In this document: positions 43,370-53,541 of the stretch, piece after piece
How positions within the stretch are numbered: position 1 is the stretch's first letter
Layout of the letters: every line of letters begins with the position of its first letter
DNA from: an uncultured Pelagibacteraceae bacterium
Lineage (GTDB): Bacteria; Pseudomonadota; Alphaproteobacteria; Pelagibacterales; Pelagibacteraceae
Direction: 5' to 3'
Assembly: GCA_902515985.1 (NCBI GenBank)
Contig: CABXWY010000002.1
Span: 91,448-155,447, forward strand
DNA: 64,000 nucleotides
Translations under genes and position numbers: made by a program
The notes under the pieces: model-generated
Told to the model about the DNA's origin: nothing
Databases searched by the model: none
The model's input: only the letters and a program-made list of their open reading frames with translations

Positions 43370-44667
43370 AAAAAATATTTTTAATTTTATTATCGGTTTA
43401 CTTTTTTTCTTCAAGTGCTTTTGCAATCAATTTATCTCAAGCATTAAAAGAAGCTTATCAGAATAATCCTGAACTAAATGCTGAAAGAGAAAATATTAAA
43501 GTTTCTAAATCAGATCTTAATATCTCAAGAAGCGATTTTTTACCTTCAGTAACATTATCAGGTTCTAAAAGTTCTGAGGATACTTCTAAATTGACTAATC
43601 AAGACGGTACGAATGCAACAATTACTGACGTTAATCCTGAAACAAGATCAGTTAAAATTGAACAAAAATTATTTAAAGGTTTTGGGGGTGTTGCAGATTT
43701 TAAAAAAAGTAAATTAGGTTTAGATTTAGCTGATGCTAAATTACTTAAATCTGAGCAAGAAATATTGTTAAAAGCAGTTGAATCTTTTTCTGAAATGATT
43801 TTAGCTAATGAAAAGTTTTCAATTAACGAGCGAAATGTTGGTCTACTTGAAAGACAAGTTGAAACAGATAGAATTAGACTTGATAGAGGTGAAGTAAGTG
43901 TAGCTGACCTTGCTCAATCAGAATCCTCTTTTGCTGAGGCTCAAGCAAAGTTTATTCAAGCGAAGAATGGAGTTGTGACTGCAAGACTTAATTATGAAAA
44001 TGTAATTGGTCCAATTCAAGATACGTTTAGTTTAAATAAAAAATCCGATCTAAATTTTAAAATCCCAATAACTTTAGAAAACGCAATTAATATTTCTAAA
44101 ACTAAAAATCCTGAACTTAAAATTGCAAAATTAGAGTACGAGCAATCAGAACAAGATGTTAAAATTTCACAATCCGATTTATCACCGTCTGCAACTTTAT
44201 CATTTGAATCGAAAGAGACAGACGATTTAAGCTCTACACTTAATCAACAAGACAAAGAAACTGTTCAAGCAACTGTGTCATGGCCAATTTTTTCTGGAGG
44301 AAAAAATTACGCTGGTTTGAATAGATCTAAAAACTTAAGAAATAGAAAAAAATTATTGTTAGATAATGCCTTAAGAATTAATGAGACTAAAGTAACAACA
44401 GCTTGGTCAAATATGAAATCCAATGCTAGTATGCTAGAGTCTGTTAAATTACAAGTTAACGCAGCAGAAATTGCAAATGAAGGAATTACAGCTGAATATG
44501 AAAGCGGCAAAGGGAGATCTACGCTAGATGTTATCCAATCAAATTCTATATTATTAAATTCTCAGATAAGCCTAGCTAATTCTGAGAGAGAATTCTTATT
44601 GTCAAAATTTAAATTACTTCAATCAGTTGGTATTTTGAGTGCTGATTACTTGGGCTTTAATAAATAG
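43366..44667 (+). CDS. tolC: TolC family outer membrane protein
   Basis: Signal peptide, two OEP repeats (NNPEL...LPSV; KNPEL...SPSA), GRSTLDVI. Confidence 0.88.
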   Translation: MKKIFLILLSVYFFSSSAFAINLSQALKEAYQNNPELNAERENIKVSKSDLNISRSDFLPSVTLSGSKSSEDTSKLTNQDGTNATITDVNPETRSVKIEQKLFKGFGGVADFKKSKLGLDLADAKLLKSEQEILLKAVESFSEMILANEKFSINERNVGLLERQVETDRIRLDRGEVSVADLAQSESSFAEAQAKFIQAKNGVVTARLNYENVIGPIQDTFSLNKKSDLNFKIPITLENAINISKTKNPELKIAKLEYEQSEQDVKISQSDLSPSATLSFESKETDDLSSTLNQQDKETVQATVSWPIFSGGKNYAGLNRSKNLRNRKKLLLDNALRINETKVTTAWSNMKSNASMLESVKLQVNAAEIANEGITAEYESGKGRSTLDVIQSNSILLNSQISLANSEREFLLSKFKLLQSVGILSADYLGFNK

Positions 44668-44716
44668 GCCACTTTTTATGTATTTTTGCTCAAATAAATT
44701 AATTTCTTGCCAATGA

Positions 44717-44731
44717 GAACAAAATGTGTAC
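44717..44731 (+). promoter_or_regulatory. LexA (SOS) box of recA
   Basis: GAAC-AAAATGT-GTAC (GAAC-N7-GTAC variant). Confidence 0.75.
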
Positions 44732-44780
44732 ATTTAGTATCATGATTCGAGTAATAAAAACGCAAAAAAAGAGGCATTAA

Positions 44781-45914
44781 ATGACTAAAAACAACTTAAA
44801 AGTGGTTAAATCCGCAAAAGAAAAAGACACAGAAAGCAAAGAAAAGAATAAAGCTTTAGAAGCTGCAATCAGTCAAATTACAGATAATTTTGGTAAAGGA
44901 TCTGTAATGAAGTTGGGCCAACAAAAAGCAATGGATGTTGAGTCAATTTCAACTGGTTCATTAAGTTTAGACCTAGCTTTAGGAATTGGTGGATTGCCAA
45001 AAGGAAGAATTATTGAAATTTATGGTCCAGAATCTTCTGGAAAAACAACGCTTGCGCTGCAAGTTGTTGCAGAAGCACAAAAAGCAGGTGGTATATGCGG
45101 TTTTGTTGATGCTGAACATGCATTAGACCCAGTTTATGCTAAGAAATTAGGTGTAGATACTGAGGAATTATTGATTTCACAACCAGATACTGGTGAACAA
45201 GCATTAGAAATTACAGATACATTAATAAAATCTGGATCAATGTCAGTTCTAGTAGTTGATTCTGTAGCTGCACTTACACCAAGAGCTGAAATTGAAGGTG
45301 AAATGGGCGATCATCATGTTGGATTACAATCGAGATTGATGAGTCAAGCTCTTAGAAAATTAACGGGATCTATATCTAGAACAAATACGATGGTAATTTT
45401 TATTAATCAAATAAGAATGAAAATTGGTGTTATGTTTGGAAGTCCAGAAACAACTTCTGGAGGAAATGCTCTTAAATTCTATTCATCTGTTAGAATGGAT
45501 ATTAGAAGAATAGGTGCAATTAAAGATAAAGATCAGATCATAGGAAACGCAACAAGAGTAAAAGTTGTTAAAAATAAAGTTGCACCACCTTTTAAAGTAG
45601 TAGAATTCGATCTAATGTATGGCAAAGGAATAAGTAAAACAGGAGAACTTATAGATCTTGGTGCTAAAGCAGAAATAGTTGAAAAGGCTGGCGCATGGTA
45701 TGCTTACAAAGGTGAAAAAATAGGACAAGGAAAAGAAAATGCAAAACTTTACCTTGAGCAAAATCCAAAAGCTGCTGCAGAAATTGAGATGTCTATAAGA
45801 GAAAAAGCAGGCTTAATTTCAAAAAAAATTGAGGGTAACCCAATTGAACAGGAAAAAATACAAGAAAAAGTAAAAGCAGAAGTAAAAGAAGAAACAACTC
45901 CTGAAAAGAATTAA
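44781..45914 (+). CDS. recA: Recombinase RecA
   Basis: [33 protein letters not shown]. Confidence 0.99.
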   Translation: MTKNNLKVVKSAKEKDTESKEKNKALEAAISQITDNFGKGSVMKLGQQKAMDVESISTGSLSLDLALGIGGLPKGRIIEIYGPESSGKTTLALQVVAEAQKAGGICGFVDAEHALDPVYAKKLGVDTEELLISQPDTGEQALEITDTLIKSGSMSVLVVDSVAALTPRAEIEGEMGDHHVGLQSRLMSQALRKLTGSISRTNTMVIFINQIRMKIGVMFGSPETTSGGNALKFYSSVRMDIRRIGAIKDKDQIIGNATRVKVVKNKVAPPFKVVEFDLMYGKGISKTGELIDLGAKAEIVEKAGAWYAYKGEKIGQGKENAKLYLEQNPKAAAEIEMSIREKAGLISKKIEGNPIEQEKIQEKVKAEVKEETTPEKN

Positions 45915-45927
45915 CTTTTAGTTATCT

Positions 45928-45957
45928 AAAAAGGCGCTTATTATGAGCGCCTTTTTT
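45928..45957 (+). terminator. recA terminator (probably bidirectional)
   Basis: AAAAAGGCGCT-TATTATG-AGCGCCTTTTTT. Confidence 0.88.
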
Positions 45958-46016
45958 CCCTTACTATCTCTAGGAATACCAACGCTTATTCAAACAAACT
46001 TACATCAGATCTTTGC

Positions 46017-46049
46017 TTTATCTCCAAAGTCTCTAGTCTGGGCACTAGT
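46017..46049. repeat. 33-bp direct repeat, copy 1
   Basis: TTTATCTCCAAAGTCTCTAGTCTGGGCACTAGT; 31/33 identical to 47928-47960. Confidence 0.9.
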
Positions 46050-46067
46050 CATCCTATAAAATCCTAT

Positions 46068-46100
46068 AACCCAGAACCACGATCCCTAAAATTTTTTCAT
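46068..46100 (-). pseudogene. Frameshifted signal-peptide start remnant (MKKFLGIVVLG if one T is restored)
   Basis: ATGAAAAAATTTTAGGGATCGTGGTTCTGGGTT directly after the stop of 46101..46487; similar to the starts at 47036 and 47887. Confidence 0.75.
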
Positions 46101-46487
46101 TTAATCTGATTTATAGCAATCCCAAGTTAAATTTGAATATTTAAATTCTTCTAATTTGCTAGTAGGCTGAATTGCAGTTTGATAAAGAAAGCCATTTTTA
46201 AAATCAAAAAATCTCATAGTTCTTGAACTATCTAGTACTGGTGCTGAACTCCAAGCATTGTCATTATTGAATTCTATAATTGTATCTTTTTCAAAAACAT
46301 CAAATTTTTTTTTTATAGAATAGTTATACGAAGTTAAATGCTCAATTGTTTTCGCACTATCATTAATCTTGAAAACTAGTTGGAAATCCTTTGTTTCAGA
46401 TTTTAAACAAGTCCAAAGGAAGGTTTTAGCATAAGATTGATTAAAACAAAAAATAGTGAATGTTAAAATTATTAAATATTTTTTCAT
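46101..46487 (-). CDS. Hypothetical secreted protein
   Basis: Signal peptide MKKYLIILTFTIFCFNQSYA; Cys near each end of the mature part. Confidence 0.8.
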   Translation of the reverse strand: MKKYLIILTFTIFCFNQSYAKTFLWTCLKSETKDFQLVFKINDSAKTIEHLTSYNYSIKKKFDVFEKDTIIEFNNDNAWSSAPVLDSSRTMRFFDFKNGFLYQTAIQPTSKLEEFKYSNLTWDCYKSD

Positions 46488-47036
46488 TTATTTAGTTTCT
46501 GTAATTCTTGTTATAGACCAAGGTCCATAAATAGTTTTAAATCCATAGACTACGTTGATTTGTTCAATACTTGATAATTCTGAAAACCATTTATACTTTT
46601 TCAAATCTTCTCTAAGATCAAACATACTGTAATCAACCCTGTCATACCAAATTTGTCCATTGCCTAGGATAAATCCTTTATCAAGACCAACAGGGATACA
46701 TCCTGGTTTAGTGCTTAAAATTTTGCTTCTAAAACTTTCAGTAAATGCTTCATCAAAAGTTTTACCATCAAAAAAACTCATGTTTGGGCCTGATATTAAG
46801 TCATGTTTAATTAATGATAATAATTTTTTTAAGTCTTTATTTTTTACCGCTTCTTGAACTTCTAAACCAAATTTATAAGACTCCTCAGGTACAAAATAAT
46901 TTTTATAAACTTCTTCTACATACGATTTAAGAGTTTGATCAAAACCTTCTGGCTTCATATCATCAGGGCAATTTTCTGCATAGCTAACTTTGAAGAATAA
47001 CAAGCTTAGAAGTACAATCCCTAAAAATTTTTTCAT
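46488..47036 (-). CDS. Hypothetical secreted protein
   Basis: Signal peptide MKKFLGIVLLSLLFFKVSYA; GFILGNGQIWY motif. Confidence 0.8.
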   Translation of the reverse strand: MKKFLGIVLLSLLFFKVSYAENCPDDMKPEGFDQTLKSYVEEVYKNYFVPEESYKFGLEVQEAVKNKDLKKLLSLIKHDLISGPNMSFFDGKTFDEAFTESFRSKILSTKPGCIPVGLDKGFILGNGQIWYDRVDYSMFDLREDLKKYKWFSELSSIEQINVVYGFKTIYGPWSITRITETK

Positions 47037-47887
47037 TATAAAGCCCTTTTTTCCATTTTATTTTTTTGAATTAATTTTAAGTGTTTAATTATTTTAAAAC
47101 TATCATCTAAAACCTTACAATCCCACCAATCCCACCATTTTTTATAGCTAGCTGCATAAAATTTTAAATTTAAATTTTTTCTAGAAATTATCATCTTTTG
47201 CTCAGTGACTTTATATTTATCTGGTTTAGATGTGAGTTTTATTTCTGTTATTTCTGCAACATAATCCATTGTATCAGTTGAAATTTTATAGCTGTAAGGA
47301 CTAAATTCATACAATTTAGCAGTATTTGAATCTAAAAAGTGAAAATAAAAATAGAGTAATTCACTATCTTCTTTATTGCTTAAACACTCTAGTTTAACGT
47401 TTGAAAGATCATTATCTTTCTTTGGTTTTGTTTCATTTGCAATTTTTTGAAACTCTGTATCCCAATAAACCATTCGAGATTTTGGATCTTTTAAAGAATT
47501 AGAGCAAAGAGCATAATATTTTTCATTTAACAATTCAGTTTTAGAGTAATCTCTTCCACCGATATCAAGGAAAGTTTTATATATGTTTTGGATATTTGAT
47601 TGAATATCTTCATTAGATATATTTATCTTAGATGAAAAAAAATACACATTTTTTTCTGCTTCCTCACTTAATATATTCATTTCATTCACAAATGATTTTT
47701 CTTTTTCAGTAAGAGTGTCAACATCTTTTTTTCTTTCAACACCTCTGCTCAGAAATTTATAATAAACTGTACATTTGGAATACTCATCATAAAGTTTCTC
47801 AAATACGTATTGTTGAACGGGTGTGTTTGCATAAGATATATGACAAAATAATAAACTCAGAACGAGGATCCCAAAAAGTTTTTTCAT
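47036..47887 (-). CDS. Hypothetical secreted protein, probably two domains
   Basis: Signal peptide MKKLFGILVLSLLFCHISYA. Confidence 0.8.
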   Translation of the reverse strand: MKKLFGILVLSLLFCHISYANTPVQQYVFEKLYDEYSKCTVYYKFLSRGVERKKDVDTLTEKEKSFVNEMNILSEEAEKNVYFFSSKINISNEDIQSNIQNIYKTFLDIGGRDYSKTELLNEKYYALCSNSLKDPKSRMVYWDTEFQKIANETKPKKDNDLSNVKLECLSNKEDSELLYFYFHFLDSNTAKLYEFSPYSYKISTDTMDYVAEITEIKLTSKPDKYKVTEQKMIISRKNLNLKFYAASYKKWWDWWDCKVLDDSFKIIKHLKLIQKNKMEKRAL

Positions 47888-47927
47888 TACTAAATGTTAT
47901 CAAAAGACTTGAGAATTAACCATCCGA

Positions 47928-47960
47928 TTTATCTCTAAAGTCTCTAGTCTGGACACTAGT
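47928..47960. repeat. 33-bp direct repeat, copy 2
   Basis: TTTATCTCTAAAGTCTCTAGTCTGGACACTAGT. Confidence 0.9.
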
Positions 47961-48025
47961 TTGTTGTTTAATTTGATGAGTCTTTATGTGATTAATTTTT
48001 TATTAATTTTAAATTGTCCGCATAA

Positions 48026-48065
48026 CTAGTGTGAGCTAGTGTGAGCTAGTGTGAGGTAGTGTGTT
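48026..48065. repeat. 10-bp tandem repeat (CTAGTGTGAG x3 plus degenerate 4th)
   Basis: ctagtgtgag ctagtgtgag ctagtgtgag gtagtgtgtt. Confidence 0.92.
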
Positions 48066-48142
48066 CCTCACGTGCATATTTTAAGCGCCTTTTTTCCCTA
48101 CTGTTTACTAGACATCAATTAAAAAAGCTGTATTTTTAAAAT

Positions 48143-50809
48143 ATGGCTGACAAATCATTAAACGAAATAAGAACTGCATTCCTAAAATATTTTGAGAAAA
48201 ATGGTCATTCGATTGTTGACTCGAGCAATCTCGTTCCAAATAACGATCCAACATTAATGTTTGCTAATTCAGGCATGGTTCAGTTTAAAAATGTATTTAC
48301 TGGACTTGAAAAAAGAGATTATAAAAGAGCAACGACTTCTCAAAAATGTGTAAGAGCAGGTGGAAAACATAATGATTTAGAAAATGTAGGCTACACACCA
48401 AGACACCATACATTCTTTGAAATGTTGGGAAATTTTTCTTTTGGAGATTACTTTAAAGAAAGAGCAATTGAACTAGCTTGGAATTTAATTACAAAAGATT
48501 TTGGACTAGATAAGAATAGACTTTATTTCACAGTTTTTAATGAAGATGATGAAGCATTTAATTTATGGAAGAAAATCACCGGTCTTAGCGAAGATAGAAT
48601 TATTAGAATACCAACTTCAGATAACTTCTGGTCAATGGGGGAAACGGGCCCTTGTGGCCCATGTTCTGAGATATTTTATGATCATGGAGATCATCTTCAA
48701 GGAGGTCTTCCTGGCACAAAAGACCAAGACGGTGACAGATATATAGAAATCTGGAATCTAGTTTTCATGCAATACGAACAGATAACAAAAGAAAAAAGAA
48801 TTGATTTACCAAAACCTTCTGTTGATACGGGAATGGGATTAGAAAGAATAGTAGCTTTACTTCAAGGAACGCATGACAATTATAAAACAGATCATTTTAT
48901 AAAATTAATTAACTCAATCTCAGATACAGTAAAAGTAAAACCTTCTGATGAAAACTTATCTAGTTTTAGAGTTATTGCTGATCATTTAAGGGCAAGTTCT
49001 TTTTTATTAGCTGAAGGTGTTCTTCCTTCCAATGAAGGTAGAGGTTATGTCTTAAGACGAATTATGAGAAGAGGCATGAGACACTCGCATCTTCTAGGAG
49101 CAAAGGAACCTATTTTTTATAACATCTTTAAAACTTTAGAAAACGAAATGTCTGGTAATTATCCTGAATTAGAAAGAGCACAATCTTTAATTAAAGAAAC
49201 CTTAAAAATGGAAGAGGAAAAATTCTTAGTTCTTTTAGAAAGAGGTATGAAGATATTAGATGATGAGATTGAAAAGATAGATAAAGTTTTACCTGGTGAA
49301 GTAGCTTTCAAACTTTATGACACTTATGGTTTCCCTTTAGACTTAACAGAGGACATACTTAAAAATAAGTCACTAAGCTTAGATCATGAAAAATTTAAAA
49401 AACTAATGAAAGACAGTAAGGAACTTGCAAAGAAGAATTGGAAAGGATCAGGTGATAGCTCAGTAGATGAAATATGGTTTGGAATTAAAGACAAAATAGG
49501 CTCAACTGAATTTTTAGGTTATGAAACTAATCAGGCAGAAGGAGTAATTTTAAGTTTAATTAAAAATAATAAACAATCTGATAGTTTAAAAGAAGGTGAT
49601 GAGGGTATGGTAATTTTAAACCAAACTCCATTTTATGGTGAGTCTGGAGGACAAGTTGGTGATAATGGAACAATATCTAATGGAAATAATATTTTTAAAG
49701 TTTCAGATGTTCAAAAAAAATTAAGTAACCTATTCGTTCATTACGGAAAAGTCGAAAAAGGAAATTTCAATTTAAAGGATAACGTAGAACTTAAAATTGA
49801 TATTGAAAGAAGAGAAAATGTTAAAGCATATCATTCAGCAACACACTTATTACATGAATCCTTAAGACGGATACTTGGAACTCATGTGATGCAAAAAGGA
49901 TCATTAGTTGCACCTGATAGGTTGCGTTTTGATTTTAGTCACATGAAGCCAATTTCTTCAGATGAAATGGTAAAAATAGATGAATATGTAAATCAAATGG
50001 TGAATAAAAAATCAGAGGTAATTACAAGAATAATGACTCCAAAAGAAGGTATTGCTCATGGTGCATTAGCATTATTTGGTGAAAAATATGGCGAAGAGGT
50101 TAGAGTTGTTTTTATGGGTGAGGAAGAAAACAAATATTTTTCAACTGAACTATGTGGAGGAACACATGTAAAAAATACTATTGATATTGGTAATTTTAAA
50201 GTCGTTAGTCAATCAGCTATAGCAGCGGGTGTTAGAAGAGTTGAAGCTTTAAGAGATAAACAATTAGATGAATTTTTAAAAAATAAAGAAAAACAATCCA
50301 GTCTTTCTGAACAAAAGGATGATGAAACAATTAAAATTTTATCTGAAGAAATTAAAAAACTCGGTGGAATGCTTAATTTAAATAAAGAAAATAAAAAAGA
50401 TTTAATTAAAGAATTAAATAAAGAATTAGAAAAGTTATCAATTAATGAAATTATAAATAATAAATCTAAAAATATCATTAAAGATGAAAAAATTAATGGA
50501 GTATTCATAAGAACGCAAAAAATTGATGGACTACCACCAAAAGAATTAAGAAGATTAATTGATAGTGGGAAAAAAGAAATTGGTGAAGGAATAGTTATCA
50601 TATTTGCAAACAAAGATGATAAGGTAGGTTTAGCTGTAGGCATTACAGACAAATTTAAAAACAAATATGATGCTGTTAAACTTGTTAAAAATGCATCAGA
50701 AATTATTGGAGGCAAAGGCGGCGGAGGAAGACCAGATTTTGCTCAAGCAGGTGGAGTAAATAAAGATAAAATTGATGATGCTTTAGAAAGTTTAAAGACT
50801 TTAATTTAA
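48143..50809 (+). CDS. alaS: Alanine-tRNA ligase
   Basis: [40 protein letters not shown]. Confidence 0.98.
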   Translation: MADKSLNEIRTAFLKYFEKNGHSIVDSSNLVPNNDPTLMFANSGMVQFKNVFTGLEKRDYKRATTSQKCVRAGGKHNDLENVGYTPRHHTFFEMLGNFSFGDYFKERAIELAWNLITKDFGLDKNRLYFTVFNEDDEAFNLWKKITGLSEDRIIRIPTSDNFWSMGETGPCGPCSEIFYDHGDHLQGGLPGTKDQDGDRYIEIWNLVFMQYEQITKEKRIDLPKPSVDTGMGLERIVALLQGTHDNYKTDHFIKLINSISDTVKVKPSDENLSSFRVIADHLRASSFLLAEGVLPSNEGRGYVLRRIMRRGMRHSHLLGAKEPIFYNIFKTLENEMSGNYPELERAQSLIKETLKMEEEKFLVLLERGMKILDDEIEKIDKVLPGEVAFKLYDTYGFPLDLTEDILKNKSLSLDHEKFKKLMKDSKELAKKNWKGSGDSSVDEIWFGIKDKIGSTEFLGYETNQAEGVILSLIKNNKQSDSLKEGDEGMVILNQTPFYGESGGQVGDNGTISNGNNIFKVSDVQKKLSNLFVHYGKVEKGNFNLKDNVELKIDIERRENVKAYHSATHLLHESLRRILGTHVMQKGSLVAPDRLRFDFSHMKPISSDEMVKIDEYVNQMVNKKSEVITRIMTPKEGIAHGALALFGEKYGEEVRVVFMGEEENKYFSTELCGGTHVKNTIDIGNFKVVSQSAIAAGVRRVEALRDKQLDEFLKNKEKQSSLSEQKDDETIKILSEEIKKLGGMLNLNKENKKDLIKELNKELEKLSINEIINNKSKNIIKDEKINGVFIRTQKIDGLPPKELRRLIDSGKKEIGEGIVIIFANKDDKVGLAVGITDKFKNKYDAVKLVKNASEIIGGKGGGGRPDFAQAGGVNKDKIDDALESLKTLI

Positions 50810-52015
50810 TCTTTTTTTCAAATTTCCATCTATTACATCTAAAAATTCATTCGTTGTTAAATACTTAGTTGATGGACCGACTAAAATTGCTAAATCTTTT
50901 GTCATAGAACCTGATTCAACTGTATTTATACATGTCTTCTCTAAATGTTTTACAAATTTTTTTAAATTCTCGTTATTATCTAGTTTAGCTCTGTGATAAA
51001 GACCTCTAGCCCATGCAAAGATAGATGCAATCGGATTGGTTGAGGTTGCTTTACCTTGTTGGTGTAACCTATAGTGTCTTGTGACAGTTCCATGTGCAGC
51101 TTCTGCTTCTATAGTTTTTCCATCTGGACTCATAAGCACACTAGACATTAAACCCAATGAACCAAATCCTTGAGCAACCGTGTCAGATTGAACATCCCCA
51201 TCATAATTTTTACATGCCCAAATATAATTCCCATTCCACTTCATTGCACACGCAACCATATCATCAATAAGTCTATGTTCGTATGTTATCTCTCTTTCTT
51301 TAAATTTTTCTTTAAATTCTTTTTCAAATACCTCTTGAAATAAATCCTTAAATCTTCCGTCATAATTTTTTAAAATTGTATTTTTAGTTGATAGAAATAC
51401 TGGCCATTTTCTATTCAGACCATAATTCATGCATGATCTGGCAAAATCTATAATAGATTGATCTAAATTATACATTGAAAGTGCAACTCCTGGACCAGGA
51501 AAATTAAAAACTTCAAATTCTTTTTTATCTTTTCCGTCTTCTGAAGTCCATTTTATTTCTAATTTACCTTTCCCTGGAACTTGAAAATCTGTTGCTCTAT
51601 ATTGATCTCCGAAGGCATGTCTTCCAATACAAATTGGATTTTCCCAACTTGGTACTAATTTTGGAATATTTTTACAAAGTATCGGTTCTCTAAAAACAGT
51701 TCCTCCTAAAATATTTCGAATAGTTCCATTAGGTGATCGCCACATTTTTTTTAATTTAAATTCTTCAACTCTTGCCTCATCAGGTGTAATTGTTGCACAT
51801 TTAATACCTACCCCATATTTTCTTATTGCATGTGCACTATCGACAGTAATCTTATCTGATGTGTTATCTCTACTTTTTATTCCAAGATCGTAATATTTAA
51901 TATCTAGTTCAAGATAAGGAAGTATGAGCTTATTTTTGATAAAATCCCAAATTACTCTTGTCATTTCATCGCCATCTAACTCAACGACAGGGTTTTTAAC
52001 CTTAATTTTGCTCAT
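50801..52015 (-). CDS. icd: NADP-dependent isocitrate dehydrogenase
   Basis: [33 protein letters not shown]. Confidence 0.97.
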   Translation of the reverse strand: MSKIKVKNPVVELDGDEMTRVIWDFIKNKLILPYLELDIKYYDLGIKSRDNTSDKITVDSAHAIRKYGVGIKCATITPDEARVEEFKLKKMWRSPNGTIRNILGGTVFREPILCKNIPKLVPSWENPICIGRHAFGDQYRATDFQVPGKGKLEIKWTSEDGKDKKEFEVFNFPGPGVALSMYNLDQSIIDFARSCMNYGLNRKWPVFLSTKNTILKNYDGRFKDLFQEVFEKEFKEKFKEREITYEHRLIDDMVACAMKWNGNYIWACKNYDGDVQSDTVAQGFGSLGLMSSVLMSPDGKTIEAEAAHGTVTRHYRLHQQGKATSTNPIASIFAWARGLYHRAKLDNNENLKKFVKHLEKTCINTVESGSMTKDLAILVGPSTKYLTTNEFLDVIDGNLKKRLN

Positions 52016-52091
52016 ATTAGAGTATATATCTTAATAATTGAATTTTGGAGTTTAATATACATATTAGGACCATATTGCCAATTTTATAATT

Positions 52092-52739
52092 ATGATAGAC
52101 AAAGTTTTTCCACCAATTCATGACCAAGGTTATAAATTTTTAGTAATTTTTGCTGTTGCAACAATTATATTATACTTAATAAGTAGTCTCTTAGGACTGA
52201 TTGGATTGGTTCTAACAATTTGGTGTTATTATTTTTTTAGAGATCCAGAAAGATATTCAATAAATGATGATGATTATTTAGTAAGCCCTGCTGATGGTTT
52301 GGTATTACAAGTTCAGGAAAATGATGGTCCAAAAGAGTTAAATCTAGAAAATAAAAAATTCACAAAGGTAAGTATTTTTATGAATGTTTTTGATTGTCAT
52401 GTTAATAGATCACCTTGTTCTGGAAAAGTATCAGAAATTTTATATAAACCTGGGAAGTTTTTCAATGCTTCTTTAGATAAGGCCAGTGAGGAAAATGAGA
52501 GAAACTATTATAAAATTACTAATTCAAAAGGGGAGAACATAATTGTTGTTCAGATTGCAGGATTAATTGCAAGAAGGATTGTAACTGAAACCTCAGAAAG
52601 TTCAGATCTTACTCAAGGAGAGAGAATTGGAATGATTAGATTTGGAAGTAGAGCAGACTTATACTTTGAAAATTACAAACCACTTGTAAAAGTAAATCAA
52701 AAAACAAGAGCCGGAGAAACTTTGATAGCTAAAAGATAA
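52092..52739 (+). CDS. psd: Phosphatidylserine decarboxylase
   Basis: FFRDP, SPADG, RFGSR cleavage motif. Confidence 0.93.
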   Translation: MIDKVFPPIHDQGYKFLVIFAVATIILYLISSLLGLIGLVLTIWCYYFFRDPERYSINDDDYLVSPADGLVLQVQENDGPKELNLENKKFTKVSIFMNVFDCHVNRSPCSGKVSEILYKPGKFFNASLDKASEENERNYYKITNSKGENIIVVQIAGLIARRIVTETSESSDLTQGERIGMIRFGSRADLYFENYKPLVKVNQKTRAGETLIAKR

Positions 52740-52740
52740 A

Positions 52741-53541
52741 ATGAACGAGCCAAGAAAAAAATTTCAAATTGTAACAGACAAAAGCGCAAGAGTTATATTA
52801 CCAAATACTTTAACATTGATTGGAGTATGCATCGGATTGACTTCTATAAATTTAGCTCTAAACCAAAATTTCAAACTTGCAATTGTAGCAATTGTGTGTG
52901 CAGCAATTATAGATGGATTAGATGGTAGAATAGCAAGATTAATAAAAGGAACTTCAAAAGTTGGTAAAGAACTAGACTCATTAACAGACATAATAAGTTT
53001 TGGTGTTGCTCCAGCATTTATAATGTATTTTTGGACTTTAAATTCTCTAGGGAAAATTGGATGGTTAATCTCATTAATTTATGTTGTTTGCATTGCCTTA
53101 AGACTAGCCAGATTTAATATTAGTGCAGGTGGAGAGACTACTTGGAGAGATAACTTTTTTGAGGGTGTCCCATCCCCAGCAGGTGGAATATTAGTTTTAA
53201 GTCCTCTTGTTTATGAACAGAGTGGTTTAAATATATTTAATTTTGATCTAAAATTAATAACACCAATTCTTTTTATAATTGTTTCAATTTTGCTAATAAG
53301 CAAGATACCATCTTATTCTTTTAAAAAAATTGTAGTACCCAGAAGTACAACAATATTTTTGCTTTTAGGAATAGTTTCGCTTTTTGGACTTTTATTAATA
53401 TTTCCTTTTAAAGTTATTGCCCTAGGTTCTACAATTTATCTTTTAGCATTACCTTTTAGTATTTTTCATTTCAATAAATTGAAAAAAAGTTCATTAGCAA
53501 ACAAACTACCAGCAGAAGATGAGCCTGAAGACATGTTATAA
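52741..53541 (+). CDS. pssA: CDP-diacylglycerol-serine O-phosphatidyltransferase
   Basis: DGLDGRIAR...GKELDSLTD, RLARFN. Confidence 0.93.
   Translation: MNEPRKKFQIVTDKSARVILPNTLTLIGVCIGLTSINLALNQNFKLAIVAIVCAAIIDGLDGRIARLIKGTSKVGKELDSLTDIISFGVAPAFIMYFWTLNSLGKIGWLISLIYVVCIALRLARFNISAGGETTWRDNFFEGVPSPAGGILVLSPLVYEQSGLNIFNFDLKLITPILFIIVSILLISKIPSYSFKKIVVPRSTTIFLLLGIVSLFGLLLIFPFKVIALGSTIYLLALPFSIFHFNKLKKSSLANKLPAEDEPEDML

Larger units (their letters stand above)
45946..48099. mobile_element. Integrase-free genomic islet/cassette array between recA and alaS
   Basis: Identical AGCGCCTTTTTTCCCT at 45946-45961 and 48084-48099; nested 33-bp repeats; three hypothetical secreted-protein genes on the opposite strand. 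Confidence 0.7.

Noticed and set aside
48026-48065. CRISPR interpretation of the tandem repeat and the 33-bp repeats
   Set aside because: The 10-mers have no spacers, there are only two 33-mers 1.9 kb apart, and no cas genes are present.
45946-48099. Classical integron, IS element or prophage
   Set aside because: No intI, transposase or phage genes; the genes abut with no room for attC sites; no terminal inverted repeats.
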